Assembly: GCF_018350175.1 (NCBI RefSeq)
Contig: NC_058368.1
Coordinates: 23,314,001 to 23,378,000 of the forward strand
Reading direction: 5' to 3'
DNA from: Felis catus
Taxonomy: Eukaryota
Length of the DNA stretch: 64,000 bases
The number at the start of each line of letters is the position of its first letter. Within the stretch, counting starts at the first letter, position 1. Position numbers and translations under genes: made by a program. The notes beneath the pieces are model-generated. The model was not told the DNA's origin and ran no database searches. It saw only the letters and a program-made list of their open reading frames with translations. Below are positions 1 through 11,252 of this stretch, piece by piece.

Positions 1-636
1 CTTTAGTGGTGATAGGAATAGAGAGCTGAACCTTACGATTTTTTTTCTGATAGATTTTTTGAATCAGGCAGCTGTTTTTCATGCATTATAAATGACTTTT
101 TTTTTAAAAGCTTTCATCCTTCGTTTCTCCGTCATTTCCTTTCTCCCATCCCTTCTTCCTTTTCTCTCTTTGTTCCTATATAAATCTATTTTGCAAGTAG
201 GTGCTGTTGGAAGTTCTATTTGCCTGTGATAGCCAAATCACAGCCCCCGTTTGGTGGCACAGGAATTCCCTACAAAAAGATTCTGCAGACTGAAACTTAA
301 ACTGTCAGGACTTTTGTTTGCTAATTCTTTTTTAAAATTATAAAGCTGTGCTAATTATCTCAAGATCAAACTCTGCACCTGGCTTCATTCTAGAGATGTT
401 AGCTCCCAAATCTACAACTTTAGCTCTGGGGTCTCTCGTGAGTTATGGATGCATGTTTGTCTCCAACAGAGGTCACGATCTACGTTTCAACTGCAAACCT
501 CTTCCCCCTTTTTTTCTATATTGGCTAGTGATGTGTGAGTTCTTCTAGTGCAATTGAAGCAAGCCCAAGGAGGCCAGCATTCTTTTTGTTGAAATACAGA
601 CTCTGATCCAATAGGTCTAGAAGGGTTCTTCATTTC

Positions 637-721
637 TTTTTTTTAAATAAAATTTAATTTTATTATTTATTTGTTTTAATATGAAATTTATTGTCAAATT
701 GGTTTCCATACAACACCCAGT
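637..721 (-). mobile_element. Extremely 5'-truncated feline L1 (L1_Fc-like) 3' terminus plus A-tail
   Basis: T-rich tail followed by TATGAAATTTATTGTCAAATTGGTTTCCATACAACACCCAGTG, the reverse complement of the cat L1 3' end. A near-identical motif recurs at about 62158. No TSD seen. Confidence 0.8.
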
Positions 722-779
722 GGGGAGAGCACTCTGCTGCTGATTGTCTCTATTGTAATATCTTGTTTATTCACAGTCC

Positions 780-935
780 AGAGTTATGTTCCTTATTTGT
801 TTACTTGTTTATTGTCTCCCCCACTGAATACAAACTCTATGAAGTTAGTCTTATTTCTATTGTATGTACTGCATGCCTCTTACTGCCTGGCATTTAATAG
901 TGGCTAAACATAGAATGATACATGAATGAATGAAC
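780..935 (+). mobile_element. L2 3' end fragment
   Basis: TTGTTTATTGTCTCCCCCACT...GCCTGGCA...TGAATGAATGAA, typical of the L2 terminus. Confidence 0.6.
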
Positions 936-1259
936 TTACTGAAGAGACTGTCATGGGAACTGACTCCAGCTGGAAGGGTTCTTATTTAGCAGATTGTTGA
1001 TGGAAATACTCAGCTGTCAATGGCAACTGAGATGAAAGGTTAAGAGAAGTTAAGAGCATGAATGGAGGGTGGGCAGCAGTTGTTAATTGAACCTGTTGCA
1101 AGAAAGGAGTAACGGTTTAAGCGATAAGCGGATAATATCAGGGTTTAGGAATCTAGTATTAAAATTCTGAGTATTCTTGCTATGCAACTCCTTGTGTATC
1201 ATAGACATGTTGGTAGCCTGGACAAATGATATCAATGTTCATGTTCAAGTTCTTTGGAA

Positions 1260-1700
1260 TGTCATTGAAGAGTTCAAAAGCTTACTATTAGCTCTTTTAT
1301 CTAGACTCATTTCCCAAATTATTCTCCCTCTTCTTTCCAAGATTTGGCTACATTGCTCACCAAGCCATTGTCTTCCAAGCGCTCATTACACTTACCATCT
1401 GTTGATCTGCCCTCTTATTGAAATCCTACACATTTTTCTGGATCAGCCCACATGCCACCTTCTCCTTGAAGCCATCTTTAAGGCTATTGATATTATTTCC
1501 CTTTTCTGTACTGCTTTGACACTTCAGTTATAATCCTTAACGCATTTTGCCTAGTCACCAGTGTGTAGTGTATCACCTCAAGGAGATTAGAATCTCATTA
1601 AGGGCAGGTCCTAGTCTTCTTAATCTGTATGTCCTCCGTAGTGCATTATAGTGTTGTTATATATAGTTGGTGCTCAATATATATAGTTGGTTGAAAATGA
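1260..1700 (+). mobile_element. L2 3' region fragment
   Basis: AAGGGCAGGTCCTAGTCTT...GGTGCTCAATA...GTTGAA resembles the L2 3' end. Confidence 0.5.
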
Positions 1701-3547
1701 TGCGTACTAAAAGAATGGTGAAACTGTACATTGATAGATGGAGGTTATAACTTTTCACAGCTCATTCATAGACTTCCTTTTCTGACCATAACTGAGGGAC
1801 TGGATTTGAGACCATCTCCCAAGTAATTACAAAGCTGAAAAAAATACATGAAACACTTGTTTTCAGCCATTAGACAACAGGAGACACAGGGTTGTGATTC
1901 TTGAGAGAAGGGAAATGGATGAGAGGAGCCCTGTGATCACTGCAGTTTTTTTCCTGGTGGCTCTTTCCTCATCATAAAGCTGAGTGGTTGTGTGTTGATC
2001 CTAAGCAGGCAATGATGATTTTTCTGAGTTCAGAAGACAGTGATCAGAGTTGACAAAGGCTGAGGAAACTAGAAGTTACAAGAGCAATGCAGAAAAATAA
2101 CTCAATATATTTGCATGGGATCCTCTTGTGTCTTTGCTGAATACTAAGATGTATGGTTATAGAGTGGAACTCCATGAAGTAAGTAGAGCAAAGAGTTCCC
2201 AGGTTGCTGTGGGCTGAACAATTGCCAAACCTTGCACAGGGCTGGGAGGTATTTGAACTGTGACTAGCCAGACTGGAAAATCCTTGTTGATTACCTGGAC
2301 CATTCAATAGAGATTCTAGAAGGACCATGCCTTATTTGCATGATAAATTATCTGTAAAGTAAGGGCTCATTCATACTAGCTCTAACAAACCTTAAAAACA
2401 AACAAACAAACCTAAACTATACTGCAATTTACTGAATGCCCAAACAAAGACCAACAGTATCTAAAGGAAGAGAACAAAATACAAATTCTCACAATATAAA
2501 ACTCAGAATGTCTAGGATCTAACAAAAAATTCTAAATGTACCAAAAAGCAGGAAAATGTAATACACAACCAGAAGAAAAATCCGGCAGCAGAAATGGACT
2601 GAGAAATGAGAGTTGGTAGGATTAACAGAAAGAGTAAAACATCCAGCTATTATTATAACTATAATCAATATATTAAAAAATGAACATTGTGAAAAGAGAA
2701 ATGAAAGATAATAAAGAAAAACTGGTAGGGATGAAAAATTCAGTATTTAAGATAAAAAATTTACTGTTTGGTATTAATAGCAGATTAGACATTGTCTAAC
2801 ACAATATCAGTAAATGCAAACAAATAACCCTAGAAAATACCCAACATGAAGCACAGAGAGGAAAAAAAAAAGGAAGAAAAAAATAAAATAGAACGAAGCA
2901 CTAGTGACTAATAAAATTTATGGAATAGTATCAAGTTATATAATGTACATAAAATTGGAATCCTAGAAAGAAAGAGGGGTGGGAGATGGGTGGGGCAGAA
3001 AAAAGATTTGAAGAAAAGATAGATGAAAAATTTTAAATTTGATGAAGCTATAACTCAACATATCCAAGAAGTTTAAAGTATAAGAATGATAAGCACAAAG
3101 AAAACCATCTTCCTGAAATCAACCTTCTGAAACCATAGATGAGAAAATTTAAAAGTGGTCAGGGGGGAAAATAACTTGCATAAAAAAGGAGCAAAAATAA
3201 AAATTATCAGAGATAATGGGGGAATTATGAAAGTGAAAAGACACTGGAACAGCACCTTTAAAGTGCTGGGAAAAAATGTCTGAAATTCTACAACCAAAGA
3301 ACGTATCTTTAAAATTTGAAGATGAAATAAACATTTTTTTCAAACAAAAGCTAGGAGAATTTATTACTATCAGACATTAATTATAAGAAATTTTAAAGAC
3401 TTGTTCAGGTCTTTAAAAGTTCGCTGCATATAAAATTGGATCTGCTCAAAGGAATAAAGAGTGCTGGAAGTGGTAAATATTTGGGTGAATATAACTAACT
3501 TTTATTTTCACTTTAAAATTTATTTAAATTGTAGTTATTTATTTAAA

Positions 3548-3748
3548 AAATTTTTTAATGTTTATTTTTGAGACAGAGACAGCATGGGCAGAGGAGAGGT
3601 AGAGAGAGAGGGAGACCCAGAATCTGAAGCAGGCTCCAGGCTCTGAGCTGTTGGCACAGAGCTGACACGGGGCTCAAACTCATAAGCTGTGAGATCATGA
3701 CCTGAGCCAAAGTCAGATGCTCAACTCACTGACCCACCCAGACGCCCC
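3548..3748 (-). mobile_element. SINEC (carnivore tRNA-derived SINE)
   Basis: T-tail, GA-rich tract, GAGATCATGACCTGAGCCAAAGTC, ends CCCAGACGCCCC. Confidence 0.95.
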
Positions 3749-4025
3749 TATGGTTAACTATTTAAAGTAAAAAATGAATTGTGGAGTTACAACATGTAGA
3801 AGTAAAATATATGACAATTATAGAACACACTATGGGGAAATGCTGCTAGGTTCTTACATTGTAAGTGAAGCAGAATATTATTTGAAAATAGATTATGTCA
3901 ACTAGAAGATGTGTATTTTAAAACCCTAAGACTACTATAAAAAACAAAAAACAAAGAGATATAGATAACTAGTCAATAGTGGGGAAAAAAAGGAATCCTA
4001 AAAACAAACAAGTTTAACAAAAAAG

Positions 4026-4180
4026 CCATGGATAGACCAAGAGGGTATTATGTTAAGTGAAATAAATCAGAGAAAGACAAACATTACATGATTTCACTTA
4101 TATGTGGAATCCAAAAAAACTAAGCCAATGAACAAACAAAAAACCATAAATAGATTCATAAATACAGAGACAAAAAAAAA
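4026..4180 (+). mobile_element. Short L1 fragment from the ORF2-end/3'UTR junction, ending in an A run
   Basis: CATGGATAGACCAAGAGGGTATTATGTTAAGTGAAATAAATCAGAGAAAGACAAAC...ATGATTTCACTTATATGTGGAATC, nested in the older L1M. Confidence 0.8.
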
Positions 4181-4276
4181 CCTTCAATTAAGCCAAGAGA
4201 AGGAAAAAAAGATGACCAAAGAAGAGATAAATAGAAAACAAATAGCAAGATGGAAGATTTAAAAACCAACGATAAT

Positions 4277-4453
4277 GGGAGCCTCGACTGGACGTCTGAC
4301 TCTTGATTTTAGCTTGGGTCATGATCTTATGGATCATAGGCTTGAGCTCCACATTGGGCTCTGTGCTGTTGCTCTCTGCTTAAGATTCTCTCTCTCCCTC
4401 TTATTCTGCCTCTCCCCTGCTTGTGCACGCACGTGCTCTCTCAAAATAAATTA
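4277..4453 (+). mobile_element. SINEC with a deletion in the 5' (A-box) region
   Basis: SINE body GGTCATGATC...CTCTCTCAAAATAAA. Flanking imperfect TSD AAAAACCAACGATAAT / AAAAACCAACAATATT. Confidence 0.9.
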
Positions 4454-4749
4454 AAAAACCAACAATATTGATGATTATGTTAAATGTAAATGGTCTAATT
4501 CTAGTTAAATGGTAGAGATGATCAGACTGGACACAAAAAACAAAAAACAAAAAAACAAAACACAAGATTATATGCTATCTACCAGAAACCCATTTTTGAA
4601 TATAACAGATAAGTTAAAGGTGAAAATGATAGAAATATGCAGACATTAACCTTAAGAAAGCTGAAGTGGTTGTATTAATACCAGAGAGTAGTCTTCATAC
4701 AAGAAAGATGACTAGGGATAAAGAGAAATATTTTATAATGATGAGGGGC

Positions 4750-4965
4750 TATATTGTTAGCATATATTTAATTTTTAAAGAAAACTGCCAAATCAGTTTC
4801 CAGAGTGGCCATTTTACATTCCCACCAGCAATGTATGAGGGTTTCAGATTTTCTACATCCTTTCCAAGACTTGTATTTTTAATCTTTGGTTCTGGCCAGT
4901 CTATTGAATATGTAATGGTATTTATTACCATTTAGCTTGCAACTTCCTAATGACATTTTCATTTC
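4750..4965 (-). mobile_element. L1M ORF2 3'-end fragment
   Basis: AACTGCCAAATCAGTTTCCAGAGTGGCCATTTTACATTCCCACCAGCAATGTATGAGGGTT. ORF 4749..4931(-) shows L1 C-terminal-like GKDVE...AGGNVKW. Confidence 0.85.
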
Positions 4966-4989
4966 ACTTGGGTTATTGCTGGGCTTGCG

Positions 4990-5860
4990 TTATCTTATGA
5001 CTTGTTGGGCCTGATAGAACTCGTTTTATGATGGTTCTTCTGGATGCATGGTCATTTGGTATGCCAATTACCAAGTGTTCCATTTCTTCCATTTCTGTTC
5101 CATGCTACTGTAGGGCCCAGTAGCATGCCAGAAATGGTTTTTTTAAAAAGGTGTGTGATTCTCCACCTCAGATGACATGGCCTTGCTTCAGAACCCTAGG
5201 GCCTGAGTTGTAATTTTTTTTCACTGAGGTTTGCCATAAATTCTTTATGGCATCTTTTCTGACCATTGAAATATCAATCACCGTAGGTTAGCCAGGTCAT
5301 ATGGCCCAAGTGGCAGGACTGCTTGTACCACTTGATGATCCACCTAAAGCTGGAAGCTTTTTGTCATCTGGTATATAGGCTAGAGCAGTCACCCTAGGTG
5401 TGGAATGTACTGCCTCCAAGACCTGAAGATGCTCATCAAGTATTCTTTCTTCATGGAAGGGGTTGCAAAGTACAATAATTTGCATCTTATTTTGAAGAAT
5501 GACTCAGCACACCCCTTACCATTAAACCTCTAAATCCTTTATGGAATTGACTTGCCCCTGAATCTTCATAGGGTTTATCTCTCAAGCCCAGGAGTGCATA
5601 AACCTCTGCATGCTGATCTTCTCTTGCTCACCTGTCTTGATCAGCATAATATCATTGATGTTATGGAGTAATGAGATGTTTGGAAAGATGCCCAGATCTC
5701 CTTGGCTTCTATTATGACAGGGGGCAGGAGACTTAACAGAGTCCTGGGTCAAAACTTTAAATGTATCCTGTTGCTCCTTTAAAATAAATATAAACTGTTT
5801 CTGGCCCTCTCTCTTAGTTAGAAAAGAATGCATTTGCCAAGTCCTTGACCACATAATCTA
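4990..5860 (-). mobile_element. Decayed ERVL (class III ERV) pol: RT and connection/RNase H remnants
   Basis: ORF 5582..5854(-) reads QKQFIF...QQDTFKVLTQDSVKSPAPCHN...LLHNINDIML, matching ERVL RT QKQFAF...YTFTVLPQGY.NSPALCHN...VHYIDDIML. The minus strand also reads VQAVLPLGPYDL (about 5290-5330) and FLACYWA (about 5115-5135). Confidence 0.9.
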
Positions 5861-5864
5861 ATAT

Positions 5865-5940
5865 GGGGGTTGGCAAACTTTTTCTGTAAAGGGCCAGAAA
5901 GTAAATAGTTTAGGCTGTGGAGACTAAAATTAGTCTCTAT
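5865..5940 (+). mobile_element. MER58-like hAT-Charlie MITE, partial
   Basis: GGGGTTGGCAAACTTTTTCTGTAAAGGGCCAGAAAGTAAATAGTTTAGGCT matches the MER58 left end. Confidence 0.8.
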
Positions 5941-6498
5941 CTTAGCAAGATGTTTTGGGTAGGAGACCAGGTTAAATTTTCTGGTCTTTCTTTGCCTGGG
6001 TTTAATTCCCTGGCTGCATCAAACAGCATTCTCCTTTGTAGGCAGTTTGAATGACACTCCTGTCTTGGGAGGCTTGCAAGGTTAGCTTTGGCAATTTCTT
6101 GTGTTCTAGACTCTCCTAGGGTGGAAGTCCTATCTCAAGATTAAAACCCCTCTGTGTTTCACAAACTCGGACTGTTGTAAGTGATGTGGGGAAGGCAAAA
6201 AGAAATTAAGTCTGTTGTGAATTCTTAGAGTGAGTGTATGGGGTAGTTATCACTCAGACTGGTGTTTTTCACACCAGGACTGGTGACAAGTGTCTTTGCT
6301 GTCATGCAGGGTTTAGATTTACAAGGCAAGCACCTGGTCCAGCTGTTGCTACCTCCCTATGCTTTCTCCCTACAAATCAGAGCAGAAGTGTGTGGGATCA
6401 AGGATTTCTTCAGACAAAGGTTAACTAACCATAGGTTATCACATAGTTAACCAAACTAAACTTTGGTTACAAAAATAATGCCATTCATTAATCATGTA

Positions 6499-7145
6499 CA
6501 GTCAATCTTCATCATTCATGGATTCCATGTTTGCAAATTCGCCTACTTGCTAAAACTTATTAATTCCCAAATCAATACTCATGGTGATTTCATGGTCATT
6601 AGTGGACATTTGCAGAGTCATAAAAGACTTGAGTCACCCAGAATGCATGGTCATAGCTGAGGTTAAATAAGGTGATGCTCTGTCTTCTTGTTTCGACTCT
6701 CACACTGTAAGTAAATGTCCTTTTTGTGGTCTGTAAAGTACCATGTTTTTCATTGTTGTGCTTTTTTGGGGATGACTTTGCTGTTTAAGATGGCCCCCAG
6801 ACATAGTGCCAAAGGGCTGTCTAGCGTTCCTAAGAGCAAGAAGGCGGTGACGTCTCTTTCAGAGAAAATGTGTGTTAGATAAGCTTCCTTCAGACATAAG
6901 TTACAGTGCTACTCACTGTCAGTTCAATGTTAATGAATCAACAATATATATGAAATAAGATATTTGACACAGAAACACATATGAAGCAAGGTTATGTGTT
7001 GATTAGTTGATGAAAAGATTGTGACCAGAGGCTTGTAGGAACCTAGTTCCATATTTCGCTAAGGAGTGATGGTTCAGTATTCACTAATTCAGTGTTTGCA
7101 GTGACTTTACAGAGTATAACTATGGTGAAAAATGGGAATTGACTG
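6499..7145 (+). mobile_element. MER82 (TcMar-Tigger non-autonomous DNA transposon), full length
   Basis: TIRs CAGTCAAT.../...AATTGACTG with TA on the left flank. Internal GCAAATTCGCCTACTTGCTAAAA and TCAATGTTAATGAATCAACAATATAT. Length about 650 bp. Confidence 0.9.
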
Positions 7146-7147
7146 TG

Positions 7148-7973
7148 TATCAATCCCAAATATACATTCTAGGACTGGGGAAATAGCTCCTGGATGGGTT
7201 CTTGGACTCAGTGGAGCTATTATAAGCTGGATCTTAGCTAGGACTCACTTTCTTACCTAGTCTCATATTTTCCTACTTTAATAATAATGGCTAAGAGGGT
7301 TGTGGACCCTGAGGGAGGCACTTGTTGTCTAGCTGGGGAGAAGCCTCCACATTGTCTTCCAGCAATAGGGGTAGGAGGAGTGTCTTGTAGCTCTTAACAG
7401 GGAGGAACATACCAAGTCTGTTTTCTCAGAGGGTTCAGAGGAGTCTGGGGAGTGAAAATCCTCAGGGGAATCCACCAAGATTTCCCTACTCCATGTTTAG
7501 GATCCCAGGTGTTCACAACCAGGGCCTGACCTTGACATAACAGACCAGCCTTGGTTGAGCCTTAACCATCTTTGAAGTTCAGCACTCAGAGTATTCTGTT
7601 ATAGGATGTGAGAGTTTCTGTATATGTGAGGCCCTCTGGCTTTCATGCCTGGCTTTCAGGTGTTCCATATCTTTCTGCAGAGCACCAGTGATGTTGACTG
7701 ATCATCATCCAGTCCCACTCTCCTACGGCTACTATTTTTTCTATGTATCGCAGATTTCTCTATATACCTCATACATCTTGCCTGCTAATACATTTCCTGT
7801 ACATAACCACAGTTCACCATTAGTGAGTGTTTTAACAACTGGACCCACACTTTGTGCCAGACTATTTGTTCTCCAGTATCAGCCACTGAGTCCTCATGGC
7901 CTACCAGATGGCTAGTGGTCAGGCTTCAAAACCCCATCTTTTGGCCTGCTTTCCTGGACCACTTCTGGGACCA
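7148..7973 (-). mobile_element. ERVL internal region: PBS, gag N-terminal part and protease remnant (ERV3-16A3_I-like)
   Basis: Minus strand reads ISPVLECIFGID (protease, about 7150-7185) and frameshifted AELQRWL...QPRLVCYVKVR..LVVNTWDP (gag, about 7500-7585). PBS-like TGGTCCCAGAAGTGG at 7973-7959 abuts the LTR. Confidence 0.85.
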
Positions 7974-7974
7974 G

Positions 7975-8376
7975 CTTTTGAACGCTTGGCTCTTTGGAAG
8001 AAAATGCTGGGATGGAATTGTATAATAGGAATTGACACCTGTGGAAAAAAAGTAGGGGAAGTAAAATTGGGCAGAAGGAGAATCAATATGCAATTTGGGT
8101 TCATTAAAGTCTTAGTCAACTTGTGAGGGAGCTCGGCAGTCAAGTTTGCCCTTCACAGTTGTCCCATGTTGGACCACAATAGCTTGGCCTTTATACTCTT
8201 GTCTGGTTCAGTCACTGGACATGGGCTGCTTTGGGAAGAATGTGGCCTCAGAGGAGGTGACTGCAGACTCTGACGAACAAACAGCTGGAGTTGCTGTGCT
8301 GATGGCATTTCCATCAGCCAGACACCAAGTTCTTCTTGAAGGAGGATGTGGGTGGTGCATTTTCATGTCTCCTACA
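7975..8376 (-). mobile_element. LTR16-family ERVL LTR (5' LTR of the decayed provirus)
   Basis: Begins TGTAGG on the minus strand at 8376. LTR16-like blocks (GGGAGCTC..., GTTGTCCCA, CTTTATAC, CAGTCACTGG). Followed by the PBS. Confidence 0.75.
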
Positions 8377-8639
8377 AGGATGAACCCCCACTGCACCTAC
8401 TCACTTATGTTGTCATAAGGTCTTGCTTGAAGATTCAGAAAATATTTTGTATTATTCCAAGTCCCATCCAAGCATCCCTTGTGGTGCTTTGTGGGCCTGA
8501 GGGTGCAGGGTTTGTGGTCCTTTGATGCCAGGATGCTGGGCAGCAGCGACTATCACAGATCCTTAGGCACATAGTGGGTGTCAAAGACAAACCCCAATCT
8601 CATAGAGGATGGCAAGGAGCAAACCCACTGCCACTCTCT

Positions 8640-9135
8640 GGGTGCCAAAAATAGACAAGACTTAAGGGATCAGTACAACACAGTTTATTACTCATAGCAG
8701 AGCAAACAGCAGGAGCATCAGCAAGGTGGGACAAGTTCCCCAGGCCTGAGCCCCTTGCAGGGCACAATGAGTCCACTGGGTGCTATACGTTATGTACATT
8801 GCAGCAGAGGAACCCGGGCCCAAACGCCCAGCAACTTTCTGAGCAAGCAGCAAACATGGCAGCAAGAAACAAGCTAATTTCCCTCCCTGGGGCAACAGTT
8901 ACATGGTAGTTACATTTGGCCACGCCTTCAACTTCTTCAGTATCAGGAGATGGAAGAGGTTTGCATTTTGGTACAGTAAGCAAGAACGTACCCCCCCCCC
9001 CCCCCCGGGGTGGGTGGCCTTTCCCAATAGGAGGTGCTGTGGAATGAATAAGAAGAATAGTGCACTCTGCTTAAAGTAGGGAATCTTCATCTGATTTCAC
9101 TGGGTAGCTTGGAATGGAAGATGTGTTTCTGTCAC
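8640..9135 (-). mobile_element. Probable ancient LTR element, family uncertain
   Basis: Minus-strand AATAAA (TTTATT at about 8684) and a TGGCACCCAG PBS-like motif at about 8630-8647. Confidence 0.35.
8991..9006. repeat. C16 homopolymer
   Basis: 16 consecutive C followed by GGGGTGGGTGG. Confidence 0.95.
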
Positions 9136-9717
9136 AGTGTATAGTTTTAATTAACTACGTAGTTTTAACTGTAACTTGTTCTCACTGTACTTGGGACCTT
9201 GAGGAGCGCTAGAAAGAAATATGGGTGTGTAGGAGGAAAGGACATTGGCAGATGAAATGCAAATTTGCTGGGAAAATAAAGAGGCATTTTTGAGAAACAG
9301 GTTGATGAGCCTTCGAACTATTTGCAAAACCGCTAGAAATTTCTGCAGAGTGCTTGCTGTGATTGGCTATTAAGTTGCAGCTGCAACTGTGGCACAAGCT
9401 GCCATCCAAGTTTTAAATAATCCTTTAAAATGTGCAATTCTCCATGGGATGGTAGATTAAAATTCATGTTCTCTATTTTCTATACTTGGGGGCATTTTCC
9501 TTTTTAAAATTCACTTCCATTTGTACTGGGGAGAATGAGAGATACTGACACAAGTTTGTAAGATAACAGAGGTAGCAATAGCCTGAAAGGGACTGGCTGG
9601 GGTGAGAATTTCACCTGTAGGGTGAGGAATTAATAATGTTGTCTTGGTAAGACTCTAAGGACTGCTTGAACTGTTTAAACTGAAAGATTAAATTGGATCA
9701 GGTATCAGTGCCCAGGA

Positions 9718-9747
9718 CTAGACTGGGTTATCCTAGACTGGGTTATC
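9718..9747. repeat. Perfect 15-bp tandem duplication
   Basis: CTAGACTGGGTTATC x2. Confidence 0.95.
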
Positions 9748-9990
9748 CAGTGGATAAGACCAGACATAGTTAAAGAGAGAGGATTTGCCCCTATCATCAG
9801 CATGAAGCCTCCAAGACCCAGGGGGAAAATGTGTTGAGGACCCAGTACAATGGGTACACCCTGCTTTGGTGTCTCATTCTCCCCTCCCATACCGATTTCC
9901 CAGATCTCACTTAGACCCTGAGATGTCTTCTCTGACCTCTTCTGCCCTCAGAGGTCCACCTTCTTGGAGTCTCAGAGTCATCATTTTTAC

Positions 9991-10142
9991 CAGTGTTTTT
10001 CAAACTTCACTGTGCACCAGAATCATCCAGACTTATGGGCCTCACTTCTAGAGTATCCAGGAGACCTGGGGTGGTGCTGGTGATTTTGCATGGCTAACAA
10101 GTTCCCAGGTGCTGCTGCTGTGCCCAGTACAGTCCTTCAAGA
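9991..10142. mobile_element. MER5A-like hAT-Charlie MITE
   Basis: CAGTGTTTTTCAAACTT...CAGAATCA...CTAACAAGTTCCCAGGTGCTGCTG. Confidence 0.7.
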
Positions 10143-11252
10143 TCCATCTATCCATCCACCTTGTGTTTTGCACTTAATTGTCAATGTCTCAGGGTAGGAG
10201 ACCTCTCTTCCCATACTGCTATGAAGTTCTCACATGAATATATCTTGTCTGACACACATACATATGCAATAAATGTTTCATTTAACATCCCCCAGGTCTT
10301 TATTTAAATTATAAAATTTTTGAAGAAAGGAGTCTTTATGCAGCTATGTACTTAGGAAGCATTTGCTAAATATTTGCTACATAAATGGGTGCATGGAAGG
10401 CTCTTGATATAAATCAAGGTTTTTTCCTAAGACATCTAGATTTTGTTGCTATGAATACCTCCATTTTCCCTCAAACACAGCTCCAGTAATATAAAAATAT
10501 CTTTTACGGGTATTGTGGTAAGGCCTGACAAATTAAAATGTGTCACTTCATTGTAGTTCCCAGTTGACTCATAAAAGATCATTTTCCCTTCTGGAGACTT
10601 TCACCCTGTTGAGCTAAATGATCAGGTATTGGGTTTTTCTGACTGATGTCCCTGCAGTCTCTTGGCACTGTGTTCTCGCTGGGGTTTGGTTGAACTGTTG
10701 GAGATACAATACAATGGTTCTTGTCTCAGAGACAGCTTTCACCTCCACCCTGACAGTGGAAGCAGGGATGAGGTGGCCAGACACCTGCCATTTTGTTTCT
10801 CTGTCCTCACTGGGGCTTGATTCTTGCAGCTCTTTCCAGTTTGGGAGGTGAGCTTGGGAGAGAGATGTAGGGACTCTTTTCTTTCCCTGTTATCAAATAT
10901 AGGAATAGAATTTCCACTGGACATTCAGGAGGGTTGCAGTAAGTCACTGTAGATTTCAAACATCCCAGTGGAACTCTGTACTTTGAAACAATCCCCTAAA
11001 GAGTCACATAATTTGGGAAATATAAACATTACCCCCTAACTGGTCTTTATTTTTTAAATGAATTTCATAACTAGCTTTTTTTTTATTATGGATAAATCTA
11101 TCCTCTATTCTGTCACCTAAATAAGAGTGGAGTCTCCTCTGTGATTATTAGGGTAACCACGTTTTTCCTGCCTATAACTGCTCCTGTGAGGATAGTGAAA
11201 AGAACATAGATTTGACGTGACATAGGCTAGAGATCAACATTTGGTTTACTGC

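Larger units (their letters stand above)
1770..4748 (+). mobile_element. Ancient L1M-type LINE 5' portion (5'UTR, decayed ORF1, start of ORF2), interrupted by two SINEs and an L1 3' fragment
   Basis: A-rich plus strand with ORF1-like remnants at about 2600-3400 (e.g. TTTAAAGTGCTG..., GAAGATGAAATAAACATTTT) and the endonuclease-start motif TTAAATGTAAATGGTCTAA (LNVNGL) at about 4480. Many stops and frameshifts. Confidence 0.8.

Noticed and set aside
580..760. Large target-site deletion at the tiny L1 stub
   Set aside because: No TSD is visible, but MER5-like sequence appears on both sides of the stub, so a large deletion is not supported.
1658..1691. Direct repeat TATATATAGTTGGT with 20-bp period
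   Set aside because: It is a low-complexity local duplication within an L2 tail, with no sign of function.
1770..4965. Twin-priming inversion of a single L1
   Set aside because: The two L1 parts converge, whereas twin priming yields diverging segments. They are more likely separate insertions or a later rearrangement.
10830..10853. 18-nt microexon (TTGCAG|CTCTTTCCAGTTTGGGAG|GTGAGC)
   Set aside because: Such AG/GT pairs occur often by chance, and there is no other support.
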